In this document: piece after piece, positions 40,034 to 50,029 of the stretch
Numbering within the stretch: position 1 is the stretch's first letter
Layout of the letters: each line of letters begins with the position of its first letter
Assembly (NCBI GenBank): GCA_027451365.1
Contig: DAIDJN010000042.1
Span: 1 to 64,000, forward strand
Direction: 5' to 3'
DNA: 64,000 nt
Source of the DNA: Phycisphaerales bacterium
GTDB lineage: Bacteria > Planctomycetota > Phycisphaerae > WQYP01
Notes under the pieces: generated by a model
What the model was told of the DNA's origin: nothing
What the model saw: the letters and a program-made list of their open reading frames with translations, nothing else
Databases searched by the model: none
Position numbers and translations under genes: made by a program

Positions 40034-41041
40034 TCCGCTGGTTTCCGGCAATCCGAACATGATATTCAAATTCTGCACGGCCTGACCGCTGGCCCCTTTT
40101 ACCATATTGTCCAGTGCGGTAACGACCACAAACCGGCCGTTGTAAACTCGGACGGCAATATCGGCAAAATTGGTGTTTGCCACAAATTTTGTGCTCGGGA
40201 GATTGCCTTCGCGCAGCCGCACAAACGGTTCATTTTTATAGGCCGAGGCGAACGCGTGCTGAGCATCCGCCAGCGCCATTCCGGGCTTGGGCTTAAGGTA
40301 AATGGTTTCCAGAATGCCCCGGTCCATTGGAATCAGATGCGGCACGAAAAGCAGCAGCACCGGCTGACCGGCGATGGCTTCGATGGTGTGCTGAATTTCC
40401 GGCGCATGCCGGTGGGTGCCAATGCTGTAGGCTTCAAACGCTTCGTTGCGTTCGGGAAAATGATGCTGTTGCGAAGGCGTTCGACCCGCGCCGGAAATGC
40501 CCGACGCGGCATTGATAATTATATCATCAGGTTCGACGATGCCCGTATTGACCAGCGGCGCAACGCCCAGTATGCCCGCTGTTGGATAACATCCCGGATT
40601 GCTCACCAGCCGGGCCGATTTTATGGCTGGTCGAAAGAATTCCGGCAGGCCGTAGACCGCATGCGTCAGGTTGGCCGCATCCACATGTGCGTGTTTGTAC
40701 CATTTTTCATAGACCGCGGTATCTTTCAGCCGGTAATCCGCGGATAAATCAATCACACGCACGCCCGCGGCCAGCAGCGGCGGAACATGTTCCATGGCGG
40801 TCAGGTGCGGCAGGCAAAGCAGAGCCACATCGGCGTGCCGGGCAATCGCGGCGGGATCAAACGGACTGATGGGCAGATCCAGCCGACCGAGGAGTTCCGG
40901 AAACAGATCGCTGATCGGTTGCTCGGCCTTGCGGCTGGCCAGCCAAGTGATGTGTGCGTGGGGATGCCGCAGCAGCCACCGGATGCATTCCAATGATGTG
41001 TAGCCGGTGGCTCCAACAATTGCGACCCGTATTTCAGCCAT
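40025..41041 (-). CDS. argC: N-acetyl-gamma-glutamyl-phosphate reductase
   Basis: Motifs VGATGYT, IDLSADYRL, NPGCYPT, SGISGAGR, HRHAPEI and DNMVKGASGQAVQN. Confidence 0.97.
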   Translation of the reverse strand: MAEIRVAIVGATGYTSLECIRWLLRHPHAHITWLASRKAEQPISDLFPELLGRLDLPISPFDPAAIARHADVALLCLPHLTAMEHVPPLLAAGVRVIDLSADYRLKDTAVYEKWYKHAHVDAANLTHAVYGLPEFFRPAIKSARLVSNPGCYPTAGILGVAPLVNTGIVEPDDIIINAASGISGAGRTPSQQHHFPERNEAFEAYSIGTHRHAPEIQHTIEAIAGQPVLLLFVPHLIPMDRGILETIYLKPKPGMALADAQHAFASAYKNEPFVRLREGNLPSTKFVANTNFADIAVRVYNGRFVVVTALDNMVKGASGQAVQNLNIMFGLPETSGLI

Positions 41042-41271
41042 GGGTGGTTCCTCGGTGATTCCTGCAAAAACTCCGGCGGCAGTCTGATGGCAGACCATCG
41101 GCGGGCCGACGCACAAAGTATACACGGGTCCGATGCCAGCGCGACGGACGCCTGTGGTGTTAATAATAGCACGATTCCGAGCCGGTGCACCGCATAGGGG
41201 CCCGAATTCCATCCCGCCGCGCCGCCGATTAAGTGGACGCGGGTGGGCAACCTGGAATCGGGCGGAACATG

Positions 41272-42777
41272 TTACGGCAACGGAACATTTTTGAAGGTGA
41301 ATGGAACATGCAGCGTTTTTTGTCCGGTTACCACGGTTATAATCAGGCGGGTCGGCTTCCCGATCATGCCATTATTGTTAAAGAAGCCGAAGTTGTATTG
41401 AAATTGTGTCGGGCCACCACCACCACCGGCCATATTTCCGGAAAGCTTGTGTCCAGTCTTATCTTCCAGCGTATAGCAACTGGAATTTTCCAGCGAATTT
41501 ACAATTGCCTGCTGGTTGGGCGCCAGAACATTGCCGGCAACGCTCCGGGCGGGGCCAAAGCTGACCTGAATCTGATATTGATTCTGATTCAACAGCATGA
41601 AATTTCCGATTTTAATCCGGATTCCTCCAACGTCATGTTTCTGAGCTTTATGCAAATGGCTGAAAACCAGCGATTTAGTGCCGATTCCCACAGTGACGGT
41701 AATTTTTCCTTTCAGCAATGCGAGTGTTTTGCCCATGTGCGGGACGGCATTCAGGTTTCCGGATAAATTGAAAACGCCGGAGTTTGCGTTCCAGTAGCCG
41801 CCATAATAAAAGGCCTGTCCACCCGCGTTGGGCACCAGCAGCGAATGGCCCAGATTGTCTTTGGCAACCGTCATGACGACCATATTGTTTACATTCATGA
41901 CTCGCAGCGTCGGGTCGGCCGCCATTATCATGGATACCATTAACTGATGTGTGATCTGCGGACGGGAATTGTTAAAGCTGACCATTTTATGGTAATCGAT
42001 CTGATCGATTGTCGTCAGAAATGAACCGTCAAAATCGACCGGGTTGTGCACGTTCAACCCGCCCGGTGCGGCCAGCACGTTGCTCATGTTGTTGTAGTTG
42101 AACTGTGAAGGGGAAATATTGGTCTGCCGGGCCAAAGACCACAGCACGCGCAGCAGCGGTTCATTGTGGGCGTGCAGTGTAACCTGGCGGCCCGCCTGCT
42201 GCTGAAATAAATTCGGTGGCCATTCGCTGAATGTGATTCCCGCAGTGCGGGCGACTTTGTCAAATGCGGTTTCGGGAGAAACATGTTTGAGTTCCAGCGT
42301 AATCAGCTTGCCGGAAAGCAGCCGCTGGTTATTGAGGGCATAAATCACTGCCCGCATTTCATGGCGCATTTCCGGAGTTGTCAGGCCATTGAGCGCCTTT
42401 TTGACAGCTGGCCGGACGATTTCCCCGGCCGCGATCAACCGCTTTTTAGCGGATTGCCGCTTCCGGTATCGCTGCGAGGTCAGGTCTTCGATCCACTGGT
42501 GAATCTGGGCAGGTGTGGGTGGCGCACCGGAGCCAGCGGTGGCGACAACAGTTTTGACCGGTGCGGCGGATTCTGTTTTATCCCGATTGGAACCGCCAGT
42601 TTTGGCTTTTTCGGCCTCCATCACGGCTTTAGCCTGTTGGGCCGCCTGCGCTGCCTCCGTGGCTTGAGCAGGCACCGCGGTCTGCTGCGCGGCGGCGGGA
42701 ATGGCCGCCGCACCGCTGATTATCAATAACGCAGCCACTGATTTAAAAGGTAATCTCAATCGCATCTGGCACCTCAC
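41272..42777 (-). CDS. Hypothetical secreted protein (HEAT-like helix pair, STN-like domain, beta-rich C-terminus)
   Basis: Signal peptide, WIEDLTSQRYRKRQSAKKRL and ITLELKHVSPETAFDKVARTAGI. Confidence 0.6.
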   Translation of the reverse strand: MRCQMRLRLPFKSVAALLIISGAAAIPAAAQQTAVPAQATEAAQAAQQAKAVMEAEKAKTGGSNRDKTESAAPVKTVVATAGSGAPPTPAQIHQWIEDLTSQRYRKRQSAKKRLIAAGEIVRPAVKKALNGLTTPEMRHEMRAVIYALNNQRLLSGKLITLELKHVSPETAFDKVARTAGITFSEWPPNLFQQQAGRQVTLHAHNEPLLRVLWSLARQTNISPSQFNYNNMSNVLAAPGGLNVHNPVDFDGSFLTTIDQIDYHKMVSFNNSRPQITHQLMVSMIMAADPTLRVMNVNNMVVMTVAKDNLGHSLLVPNAGGQAFYYGGYWNANSGVFNLSGNLNAVPHMGKTLALLKGKITVTVGIGTKSLVFSHLHKAQKHDVGGIRIKIGNFMLLNQNQYQIQVSFGPARSVAGNVLAPNQQAIVNSLENSSCYTLEDKTGHKLSGNMAGGGGGPTQFQYNFGFFNNNGMIGKPTRLIITVVTGQKTLHVPFTFKNVPLP

Positions 42778-43067
42778 AACGGGCTACCGCACTTCGAATA
42801 AATACCCCTGCATGCCGGAATATCGCACGGTTCGACTATTCCGCAGCATTCACTTCTGAATAAGATGGCACCAGTTATAACGTGGGATTCTGGTTTTGTC
42901 TGCCATTGGGCCGGGCTTCTGCTTGAACGGCACCGTTGCGGTTCCCGACCCGGCTTTGTCACCAGTAGCCAGCGATTAAGCACGGCACGCCGGATTGTCA
43001 TAAGTCCTGTTTGGCGTTACAACAGATTGCGGCGGTTGCGAGTGTCCGCAATGATTTGAGAAAAACC

Positions 43068-43466
43068 ATGACTGAAAAGCCCCATCTGCTGGCCATCGTA
43101 CTTTGCGAACGGGTCACGTTCGACATGCTTGCCCGGCGTTACGCCCTGTTTGGCGTTTCACCTGCGATTGCCTTTAACCGGTTTCCGGCGGTATTGCCCC
43201 CATTCTTCGGTTACGCCGCGGTATCCGATATTCGATCTCAGGCGCAGGCCACAATGCGCATAATGGATGCCGAAGGAAATGTGATTTTCGCGCCGCCGGT
43301 CAATGTGGCCCTCAACGATACCGACCCGCTGGCCGAGGGAGAAATTGTTGTTCCGTTCATGAATGTCCGGGTGGAAAAATCCGGTGATTATTTCGTGCAA
43401 CTGGTGATTGATGGCGAACCAATCGGTGACCGCAGACTGCGGGTCCGCCATATTGTGACGCCGTAA
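43068..43466 (+). CDS. Small beta-sandwich protein (DUF6941-like)
   Basis: Pattern AIVLCERV...YALFGV...FP and a C-terminal GDYFVQLVIDGE. Confidence 0.6.
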   Translation: MTEKPHLLAIVLCERVTFDMLARRYALFGVSPAIAFNRFPAVLPPFFGYAAVSDIRSQAQATMRIMDAEGNVIFAPPVNVALNDTDPLAEGEIVVPFMNVRVEKSGDYFVQLVIDGEPIGDRRLRVRHIVTP

Positions 43467-43638
43467 ATTGCCATCGGGACCAACTGTCCGGCAACTGGCC
43501 CCGAACGCAGACGCGGATTGCACCGGTCAAATGCCCGCCGCGGGGAAATCGATCATGGCACGGATGAAAGCAGCCGATAGCGGGGTATTCCGATTCAGCA
43601 AATTGAAAGGTACGCCCGAAAGTCCCGACCAATATAAT

Positions 43639-44508
43639 ATGGAAAGTCATGATTTCATATTTCCGACATTGGCGGAACCATCCGTACCGCTGAGGTCCGG
43701 AAATTCGCGGCAAATCCGCCCGCTGCGGCTTGGCGTGGTCATTCCCTGTCACAGCGATGCGGATCTGCTGCATCCGTGCCTCGTCAGCTTGGGTGCTGAA
43801 CTGGGCCACCAGGACCGGGTGGTGGTGGTGAATTCCACAGGCGACTGCTTTACCGCAGCTGTTGCGCGGGAATTGAATGTGCATTGCATGATTCCGTCAA
43901 GTCCGACTCGCGGGCTGGCGATTGCGGCTGGTGTACTGGAAATCTTTGGCGAACCTCGGTCCAGCCGCCCGGCGCTGGCGGGCCGTCTTAATCAAACAAT
44001 GGCCTCGCCCCGGCCAGACCTGTTGCTGATAGCTCATGCGGATATGGTTTTTCCGCAGGGCTGGCGTGGCCGGCTTGAATCGGCCATCGCGGGGAATCCG
44101 GAGCTTGGATGGGGTGCCTTTGGCCATGTCATTGCCGATGCCCGAAGCCGTTTTCGACTGCTGGAAGCCGGCAACACATGGCGGGCCGCTTATTGGCACA
44201 TTCCATTCGGCGACCAGGCGATGTTTCTGCGATCGCGTGTGCTGGAGTCCATAGGCGGATTTCCAGTTCAGGAAAAGTATGAAGACCTGGAACTTGCTCT
44301 GCGACTCAAGGCCATCGGACCGCCACTTATTCTCGATTGCCCGGTTACCACTGGCGCACGGCACTGGCGCAGCGGCTCGAGCCTGCGAACATTCCGAAAC
44401 TGGTGCATTCTGGCCGGCTACCGGGCCGGCTGGTTGAAGGCCGGCTCAACGAAGCCAGGTGCTGTTCCACCGCGTGAATTGCCTGTTTTGAAAGACTGCC
44501 AAGCGTGA
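43639..44508 (+). CDS. Glycosyltransferase family 2, TIGR04283-like
   Basis: Motifs VVIP, HAD, PFGDQAMF, IGGFP, EDLEL and VTTGARHW. The start is uncertain (the ORF is open from 43468). Confidence 0.8.
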   Translation: MESHDFIFPTLAEPSVPLRSGNSRQIRPLRLGVVIPCHSDADLLHPCLVSLGAELGHQDRVVVVNSTGDCFTAAVARELNVHCMIPSSPTRGLAIAAGVLEIFGEPRSSRPALAGRLNQTMASPRPDLLLIAHADMVFPQGWRGRLESAIAGNPELGWGAFGHVIADARSRFRLLEAGNTWRAAYWHIPFGDQAMFLRSRVLESIGGFPVQEKYEDLELALRLKAIGPPLILDCPVTTGARHWRSGSSLRTFRNWCILAGYRAGWLKAGSTKPGAVPPRELPVLKDCQA

Positions 44509-45347
44509 ACGATAGCGCTCGTGAACCTGATCTCTCCTGGCCGTGCGATCGGCCTATGCGCATCGCCCTGGTGCTGGTGGCCAAAGCGGCGGTAAGTGGC
44601 CGCGTAAAAACGCGGCTTATTTCTCCACTTGTTTCCGCCCAGCAGGCGGCAGATGTCCAGATCGCGTTTTTAAAATTTTTGCGCAACCTGGTGGAAACAT
44701 TGGCAGAGTCCGGCTCACATCGGTTCCCACAAGCCGCGGTCGGGGCGGCACCGCAACTGTCCATGGCCAATACCGTCTGTACCGACGATTTCGTCATTCA
44801 ACCGTTGCTGTTTATCGATCCCCTTGGCCAGCCGCGGGAACAGTTCGACTGGCCGGGATGGCGGACCATTTTTCAGCCGCCGGGCGACCTGGGCGATCGC
44901 ATGCGCTTTTGCGCCCAGGTGTGCCTTGCTGAAAAGGCGGACGCGATGATTTTTATCGGAGTGGATTCGGTCCATCTGAATCTGGCCTTACTCCGGTGGA
45001 TGGCGCAAGATCTGCTGAAATCCCAAGCCGTAATGCTGCCCGCCCATGACGGTGGTTATGTCGCACTGGGCCTTCGGCCTGAAGCGTTACCGCTGCTGGA
45101 TAATATTGCGTGGGGAAGCGCCCTGGTTTGTCGGCAAACCCTGGACCGGGCGGTCAACCTTCGCATCGCGCTATCCATAGGCGATCAACTGCCGGATGTG
45201 GACACGCCGGACGATTTGCGCCTTGTCATGGCCGCCATGGCCTCCCGTCAGGACAACGCGGCCCGGGAACTCTATACTTGTCTGCGGTCAATGATGATTG
45301 CAACGCATTCAGGAGACACAGGACATGATGAATCCCGAAACGACTAA
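44505..45347 (+). CDS. DUF2064/TIGR04282-like nucleotidyl- or glycosyltransferase-fold protein
   Basis: Motifs AK...GRVKTRL, GDLGDRM, IGVDS, PAHDGGY, IAWGS and DVDTPDDL. GTG start overlaps the upstream stop. Confidence 0.82.
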   Translation: MNDSAREPDLSWPCDRPMRIALVLVAKAAVSGRVKTRLISPLVSAQQAADVQIAFLKFLRNLVETLAESGSHRFPQAAVGAAPQLSMANTVCTDDFVIQPLLFIDPLGQPREQFDWPGWRTIFQPPGDLGDRMRFCAQVCLAEKADAMIFIGVDSVHLNLALLRWMAQDLLKSQAVMLPAHDGGYVALGLRPEALPLLDNIAWGSALVCRQTLDRAVNLRIALSIGDQLPDVDTPDDLRLVMAAMASRQDNAARELYTCLRSMMIATHSGDTGHDESRND

Positions 45348-46131
45348 AGCTCCGGCGGAAATCGCGAATCCTGATCGGCCCCTGGCGGGCAAAATGGCTC
45401 TGGTGACCGGTGCCAGCGCTGGAATCGGAATGGCTACCGCGGATCGTCTGGCCCGTCTGGGCGCGGCGGTGGTGGTCAGCGCTCGCCGCAAGGATCGGCT
45501 GGCAGGGCTTGTGGCGCACATCGTGCGGACGGGCGGCGCTGCCCTGGCGGTGGAAGCGGACGCCGCGGACAATGCCGCCATAGACATGTTGCTGTCCACC
45601 GCGGACGAATGGGCAAAAAAGATCGGCCACCTGGCAGCCATTGTGGTGGTGAATGCGGGTCGCGGACTGGTTGGCGGCCTGACCAACAGCGATGAATCGC
45701 AGTGGGAATATCTATATAAGCTGAATGTTCTGGGTGCCGCACACCTGATGCGGCGAGCCGCCCTGCAATTCATGGCGCAAAAACAGGGAGATATTGTGGT
45801 GGTGGGTTCTGTTTCCGGCCACAACATTTCGCCCTTCAGCGGTTTGTACGGCTCGACCAAATGGGCGATTGCGGGCGCGGCCGAGGCGCTGCGGCGCGAA
45901 GTTTGCGGGCATGGCGTGCGTGTGACCACCATTAAACCCGGAATTGTGGAAAGCGAATTTCAGAATGTGGCCGGTTACACGGATGAAAATTTTACCAAAC
46001 TCATCAAGCATTTCGGCCAGACACTAAGCGCGCCGGACGTGGCCAATGCCATTGGCTTCGTGGTATCACAACCGCGGCACGTGCATATTAATGAGCTTGT
46101 GATACGTCCGACCGGACAGGATTATCCGTAG
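45325..46131 (+). CDS. Short-chain dehydrogenase/reductase (YdfG-like)
   Basis: Motifs TGASAGIG, VNAG, YGSTK (YxxxK), IKPG and HINELVIRPTGQ. Confidence 0.9.
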   Translation: MMNPETTKAPAEIANPDRPLAGKMALVTGASAGIGMATADRLARLGAAVVVSARRKDRLAGLVAHIVRTGGAALAVEADAADNAAIDMLLSTADEWAKKIGHLAAIVVVNAGRGLVGGLTNSDESQWEYLYKLNVLGAAHLMRRAALQFMAQKQGDIVVVGSVSGHNISPFSGLYGSTKWAIAGAAEALRREVCGHGVRVTTIKPGIVESEFQNVAGYTDENFTKLIKHFGQTLSAPDVANAIGFVVSQPRHVHINELVIRPTGQDYP

Positions 46132-46809
46132 CGCCGCGGAACGGCATCAATCACTTGCGAGTTACATCATGCGCAATCTGGTCATGATTTTATTTTATGC
46201 GGGGCATGCCCTGACATGAAGGATCGCACGCGGAGAGGAAATCTCCTGCCGTGGATCCCAAGGTTTTCTCTGCTTAAGTGGATGGCATTCGTGATAGTTC
46301 CTGGACTTCCGAATATCGGGACCGTGGATTTTGTCCGTGAGGATATTGTTCCGCCACCTGGTTTCCCGCCTTATCAGCGTGGCATGATGACATCCAGCGA
46401 TGGTGCGAACTTCAGCAAGGCAATGCCGGCGCGGGTTTGTGCGGTGATTGATGGTCTGGAGATGGCTTTCGCAGGCCGTGAATTGCCGATTCCGAACAAA
46501 ACCGCATCCGGTCCGGTGATTCCATAATACGGTGTTATGGGACGAACTCGTAATGCCTACGGATTGCGCTAATATATATATGTTTTGCGCTATTTTATAC
46601 TTGTGTCTGTAATTTGTTTAGATTATTTTAAAATGTCGTCGGTTGGGTCATCCGGCCAACTTAAGGTTCGTTGCCTTAGGAGTCGGGTGCCCCTTACGCG
46701 GGTGTTGTTTGGGCGGAAACGCCGTCCGCGGCTGACATTGAGCGGCGAAAAACAAATCATTTGAGCAGCGGATACGTAAGATCGGCAACGATCGCGATAC
46801 GTAAGGAGC

Positions 46810-47742
46810 ATGCTCATGGAAACTCGCCGGTGCAACGATCGCGGCTTTACACTTGTTGAGCTATTGGTCGTGTTGGCCATCATTGTGCTGCTAATTTCAC
46901 TTCTGCTGCCCGCATTGGCAGCGAGCCGTGCTGCGGCCAACCGGGTGCGATGTGCGATGAATCTGCATAACGATGGTGAAGCACTGCAGGTTTACGCAAC
47001 AATGAGCCACAGCTATTTTCCATACATATACACACGAAACGGCCAAAACAACACGCCAAATTACGGCGAAAATGGCGGAACATGGCTTTGGGATCTCAAT
47101 TTTGGAACACGCTACGCGCTTACACAGTGCGGCGCATCAGAGGGGACCATGTATTGCCCTTCAAGTCCGGAGATAAACACGATTACTCCAGCGACAATGT
47201 GGGGCGGTTTTCCGGTGGGTAACCCAATCCCCAGCCAGCCATGGGACACCAACCCCACTCGCGTATTTGGCTCCGGCCTTGGCTGCTGTGAAACGACCTA
47301 TACATGGCTTTTTACGCATGGTCCGACCAATCAATTGCCTCCACAAAGCTGGTTCCAGGGAGAAGTCTGGAACGGAAGTACGATGACAAGTTGGAACGGT
47401 AGAGGACCGCCACCCGGCTATCAGCCACGTGCGAATCAGCCCGCCAGCTTTGATTCCGGCTATTCGCCGTCGTCAATACCCATCGTTACCGATGCCGTCG
47501 TGTATGTTCCTGCTATCAACAGCTTCACTCAGGCCAGCGGATTTTACAGTGGTTTAAGTTCCAATCACTTGAATCTGGCCGGAATTGCCGAGGGTGGAAA
47601 TGAATGCTATATGGACGGTCACGTCAAGTGGGTACCAATTGGCAATCTGGCAAACCTGTCCAATCTTCAAACACCCGGAGCAATGAAATACCGGATTCAG
47701 ATGTACGGAAGCGGGTGGTGGGCACCAATATTTATCTATTAG
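46810..47742 (+). CDS. Prepilin-type N-terminal cleavage/methylation protein with H-X9-DG-like C-terminal motif (DUF1559-like)
   Basis: [22 protein letters not shown]....C..NL, MYCPS and NH...[19 protein letters not shown]. Confidence 0.9.
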   Translation: MLMETRRCNDRGFTLVELLVVLAIIVLLISLLLPALAASRAAANRVRCAMNLHNDGEALQVYATMSHSYFPYIYTRNGQNNTPNYGENGGTWLWDLNFGTRYALTQCGASEGTMYCPSSPEINTITPATMWGGFPVGNPIPSQPWDTNPTRVFGSGLGCCETTYTWLFTHGPTNQLPPQSWFQGEVWNGSTMTSWNGRGPPPGYQPRANQPASFDSGYSPSSIPIVTDAVVYVPAINSFTQASGFYSGLSSNHLNLAGIAEGGNECYMDGHVKWVPIGNLANLSNLQTPGAMKYRIQMYGSGWWAPIFIY

Positions 47743-48008
47743 CGAGCACCCACTGCAGATGCTATACAGACCGGATTTTTTTTCCGACATCGCAACTAAC
47801 CGTCCTTTTCCATGGCATGGAAATCACGATTTAGGGAATTGACCACTCAACAGTAATTTTGTGGTAAACCACCAGTCGGATGAAACGCACCGAGGGACCC
47901 CGCAATACGCTCCGGCACATAAAATAAATCATGCCGCGCAATCGGCCTCTCCCCAGAATAGCCTTGATCCAACTGGGGCGTACCACACTCATGGACGCGC
48001 GATTACCA

Positions 48009-48209
48009 CTAATGAATGCGAGGTTCGGTCGCGGCCGTTGCGCCGCTGGCATTAAGATACGGGCAGGCCGAAATGGCCGTACTGCCCGTGCCGCTGCCAT
48101 AAAGCGTACCGAATGCGACGCTATCGGCGTGGACCGATCCGCCCTGTGGCAACAAGCCCAGCGCGACGAACGCGGCCGCAAGAAGCGTGAAAGCAGAACG
48201 ATTGGTCAT
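48009..48209 (-). pseudogene. Short ORF with a signal peptide; possible truncated secreted-protein gene
   Basis: MTNRSAFTLLAAAFVALGLLPQGGSVHA is followed by only about 38 Gly/Ser/Thr-rich residues. Confidence 0.35.
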
Positions 48210-48331
48210 CTGAAATATTATAAAAAAGCTCGCTGTTTTGCTAAGGTTTCCAAAGATTTATACTGCGTTCAAATCCTGATCAAATATTTCTGCATATCCG
48301 GTGATTAAACATCACCCAGCGGAATCAAAGT

Positions 48332-49282
48332 TCAAATGCTCTGTGAATCCACCTGCCGCTTCCGCAGCAATATTCCCGTGCCGGCAACAGCCATAATCGC
48401 CAGCGCCGACGGTTCGGGCACTGTACTTGAATATGTGAAATTGCTGATTGTTTGCGTGGAATACCCGCCGCCGGTTCCCCCGGTAAAGCCAACAAAAGCG
48501 GAGTCTCCCCCCAGTATTTGGGGCAGATTAATGGCACTCGTGGAAGCCGCAAACACCTCCGAAGGGTTATTTAAGTCGGTCAATGTTTCCGTGAGGGTTG
48601 TACCGTTATAACTTAGCACAACCCCAATCGGGTCACCCGATACCAGCGAAACCGATCCGGTGGTAATGCCGGAGTTCGGATCGATAGTCCCGCTGTTTTC
48701 AGTACTAACCGCACCGTTGCCATTGCGGAGAAAAAATTCCGCCGCTGCGCTGGGTGTGATGGCCGTTAAAACCGGCGATCCGGAAGGCGGCTGATTGTTG
48801 TTCATCAGCCCATAGCCCAACCCGGCACCTCCTCCACCAATGGCCAAGGTTCCGCGGGAGTCATTTTGCAATACGAAAGCGAACCCATCAGATGGTCCCA
48901 GCGGCGCGAATGAGGTTGGGTCCGTCTGAAACGTGAAGCCAACGGTGAAATGGCTAATGGACTGGAGCGTATTGAAGAACGCCGCGCGGGCTTCGCCGGC
49001 GGCGGCGGTAGTGAGGGTTAATGTCCCGCTGTTGATGGCAGGGTCGTTGTTGTCGGTAATATTACCCGAAGAGTCCTGTGTATAGCCGGTCAAGGTGAAG
49101 CCCGCGCCATCACCAAATCCTGAAATATCGGCAAAACCGGTACTCGCAACGCTCAGCACGGCTGCCACCGCTGCACATGCCGCAATAGCCAGACCACGCG
49201 GGGGCTTAACCGCTTTCTTAATGACATTCCGATCTGCTGTGCAGACTCCCGAGCTGTCCAGCGCAATTTTCTCTTTGGCCAT
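48332..49282 (-). CDS. PEP-CTERM sorting domain protein with a legume (L-type) lectin-like domain
   Basis: Signal peptide, DGFAFVLQ and AFVGFTGGTGG, ending in VPEPS-TM-RKR. Confidence 0.9.
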   Translation of the reverse strand: MAKEKIALDSSGVCTADRNVIKKAVKPPRGLAIAACAAVAAVLSVASTGFADISGFGDGAGFTLTGYTQDSSGNITDNNDPAINSGTLTLTTAAAGEARAAFFNTLQSISHFTVGFTFQTDPTSFAPLGPSDGFAFVLQNDSRGTLAIGGGGAGLGYGLMNNNQPPSGSPVLTAITPSAAAEFFLRNGNGAVSTENSGTIDPNSGITTGSVSLVSGDPIGVVLSYNGTTLTETLTDLNNPSEVFAASTSAINLPQILGGDSAFVGFTGGTGGGYSTQTISNFTYSSTVPEPSALAIMAVAGTGILLRKRQVDSQSI

Positions 49283-50029
49283 GATTCTTGCTCCGTAAGA
49301 CTAGCAATGAAAACTCTCCATCCCTGAATACGCGTCAGGTGATAAAGCAAAGCATATCCCGCCTGAAAAGTTATGCAATACGTAATTTTGCGTAGTGCTG
49401 ATCGGAATCGCATTACAAAAACATCGCTTCTGCTGGGATTTTTTGATGGGGCTGGGAAGCGAAAAAAAAAACTTTTCAGTCAAAAATGCAGATTTTTCTG
49501 ACCGCCAATTGGACCCGAAATAGGATATATGCACGCATGAGAAGCTCGCCACTTTTGCTACCGCGTCAGCAGGACGCTATTGTTTTCTACGGTCGCTCCG
49601 ATTAGCTCACTTTCCAGGCGTCCGGCAGCCAGGTGGCAAGCCGGCCTTTGCAGTATTTATAGATCGTGGTCTGCTGGCCACATTAAAGATGCGCACGCGG
49701 TTAGAGGCCCCAAGGTTCTCGCCACGCGCGGTTCTGGATTAACTTCGCGCGATTCAGATGATTGACGCATAGTTTCCGATGACGGACGGTTGACGCCAAG
49801 TGATGCCACGCCGTCAAGGGATGATTTGAGCCAAGGGGATGCCTCATTATGTGGCGGGGTACCGTACAATTAATCCGCGAAAAGGATATTTCAGGGTGGC
49901 CGTCTGGACGTTTTTGCGCAGAATACCTACTATATAGGTCTTACCCAAGGGTCGGGTGCGGATGTCCGCCCCGTCCGGACTGCGGTGAATCAGGAATTTG
50001 AGTCTATTTAACAGGTGCAGGAAGAAATT

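Noticed and set aside
46216..46527. 103-aa ORF in the SDR-prepilin intergenic region
   Set aside because: No recognisable domain or clear SD, so it cannot be supported.
49462..49471. A10 tract upstream of the PEP-CTERM gene (and A8 at 11167-11174) as phase-variation sites
   Set aside because: Neither is flanked by recognisable -35/-10 boxes or lies within a CDS, and short A-tracts are common in intergenic DNA.
49507..49520. 14-bp match AATTGGACCCGAAA shared in inverted form with 53561-53574
   Set aside because: Several 14-mer matches are expected by chance in 64 kb, and a similar word occurs inside the hldD coding sequence.
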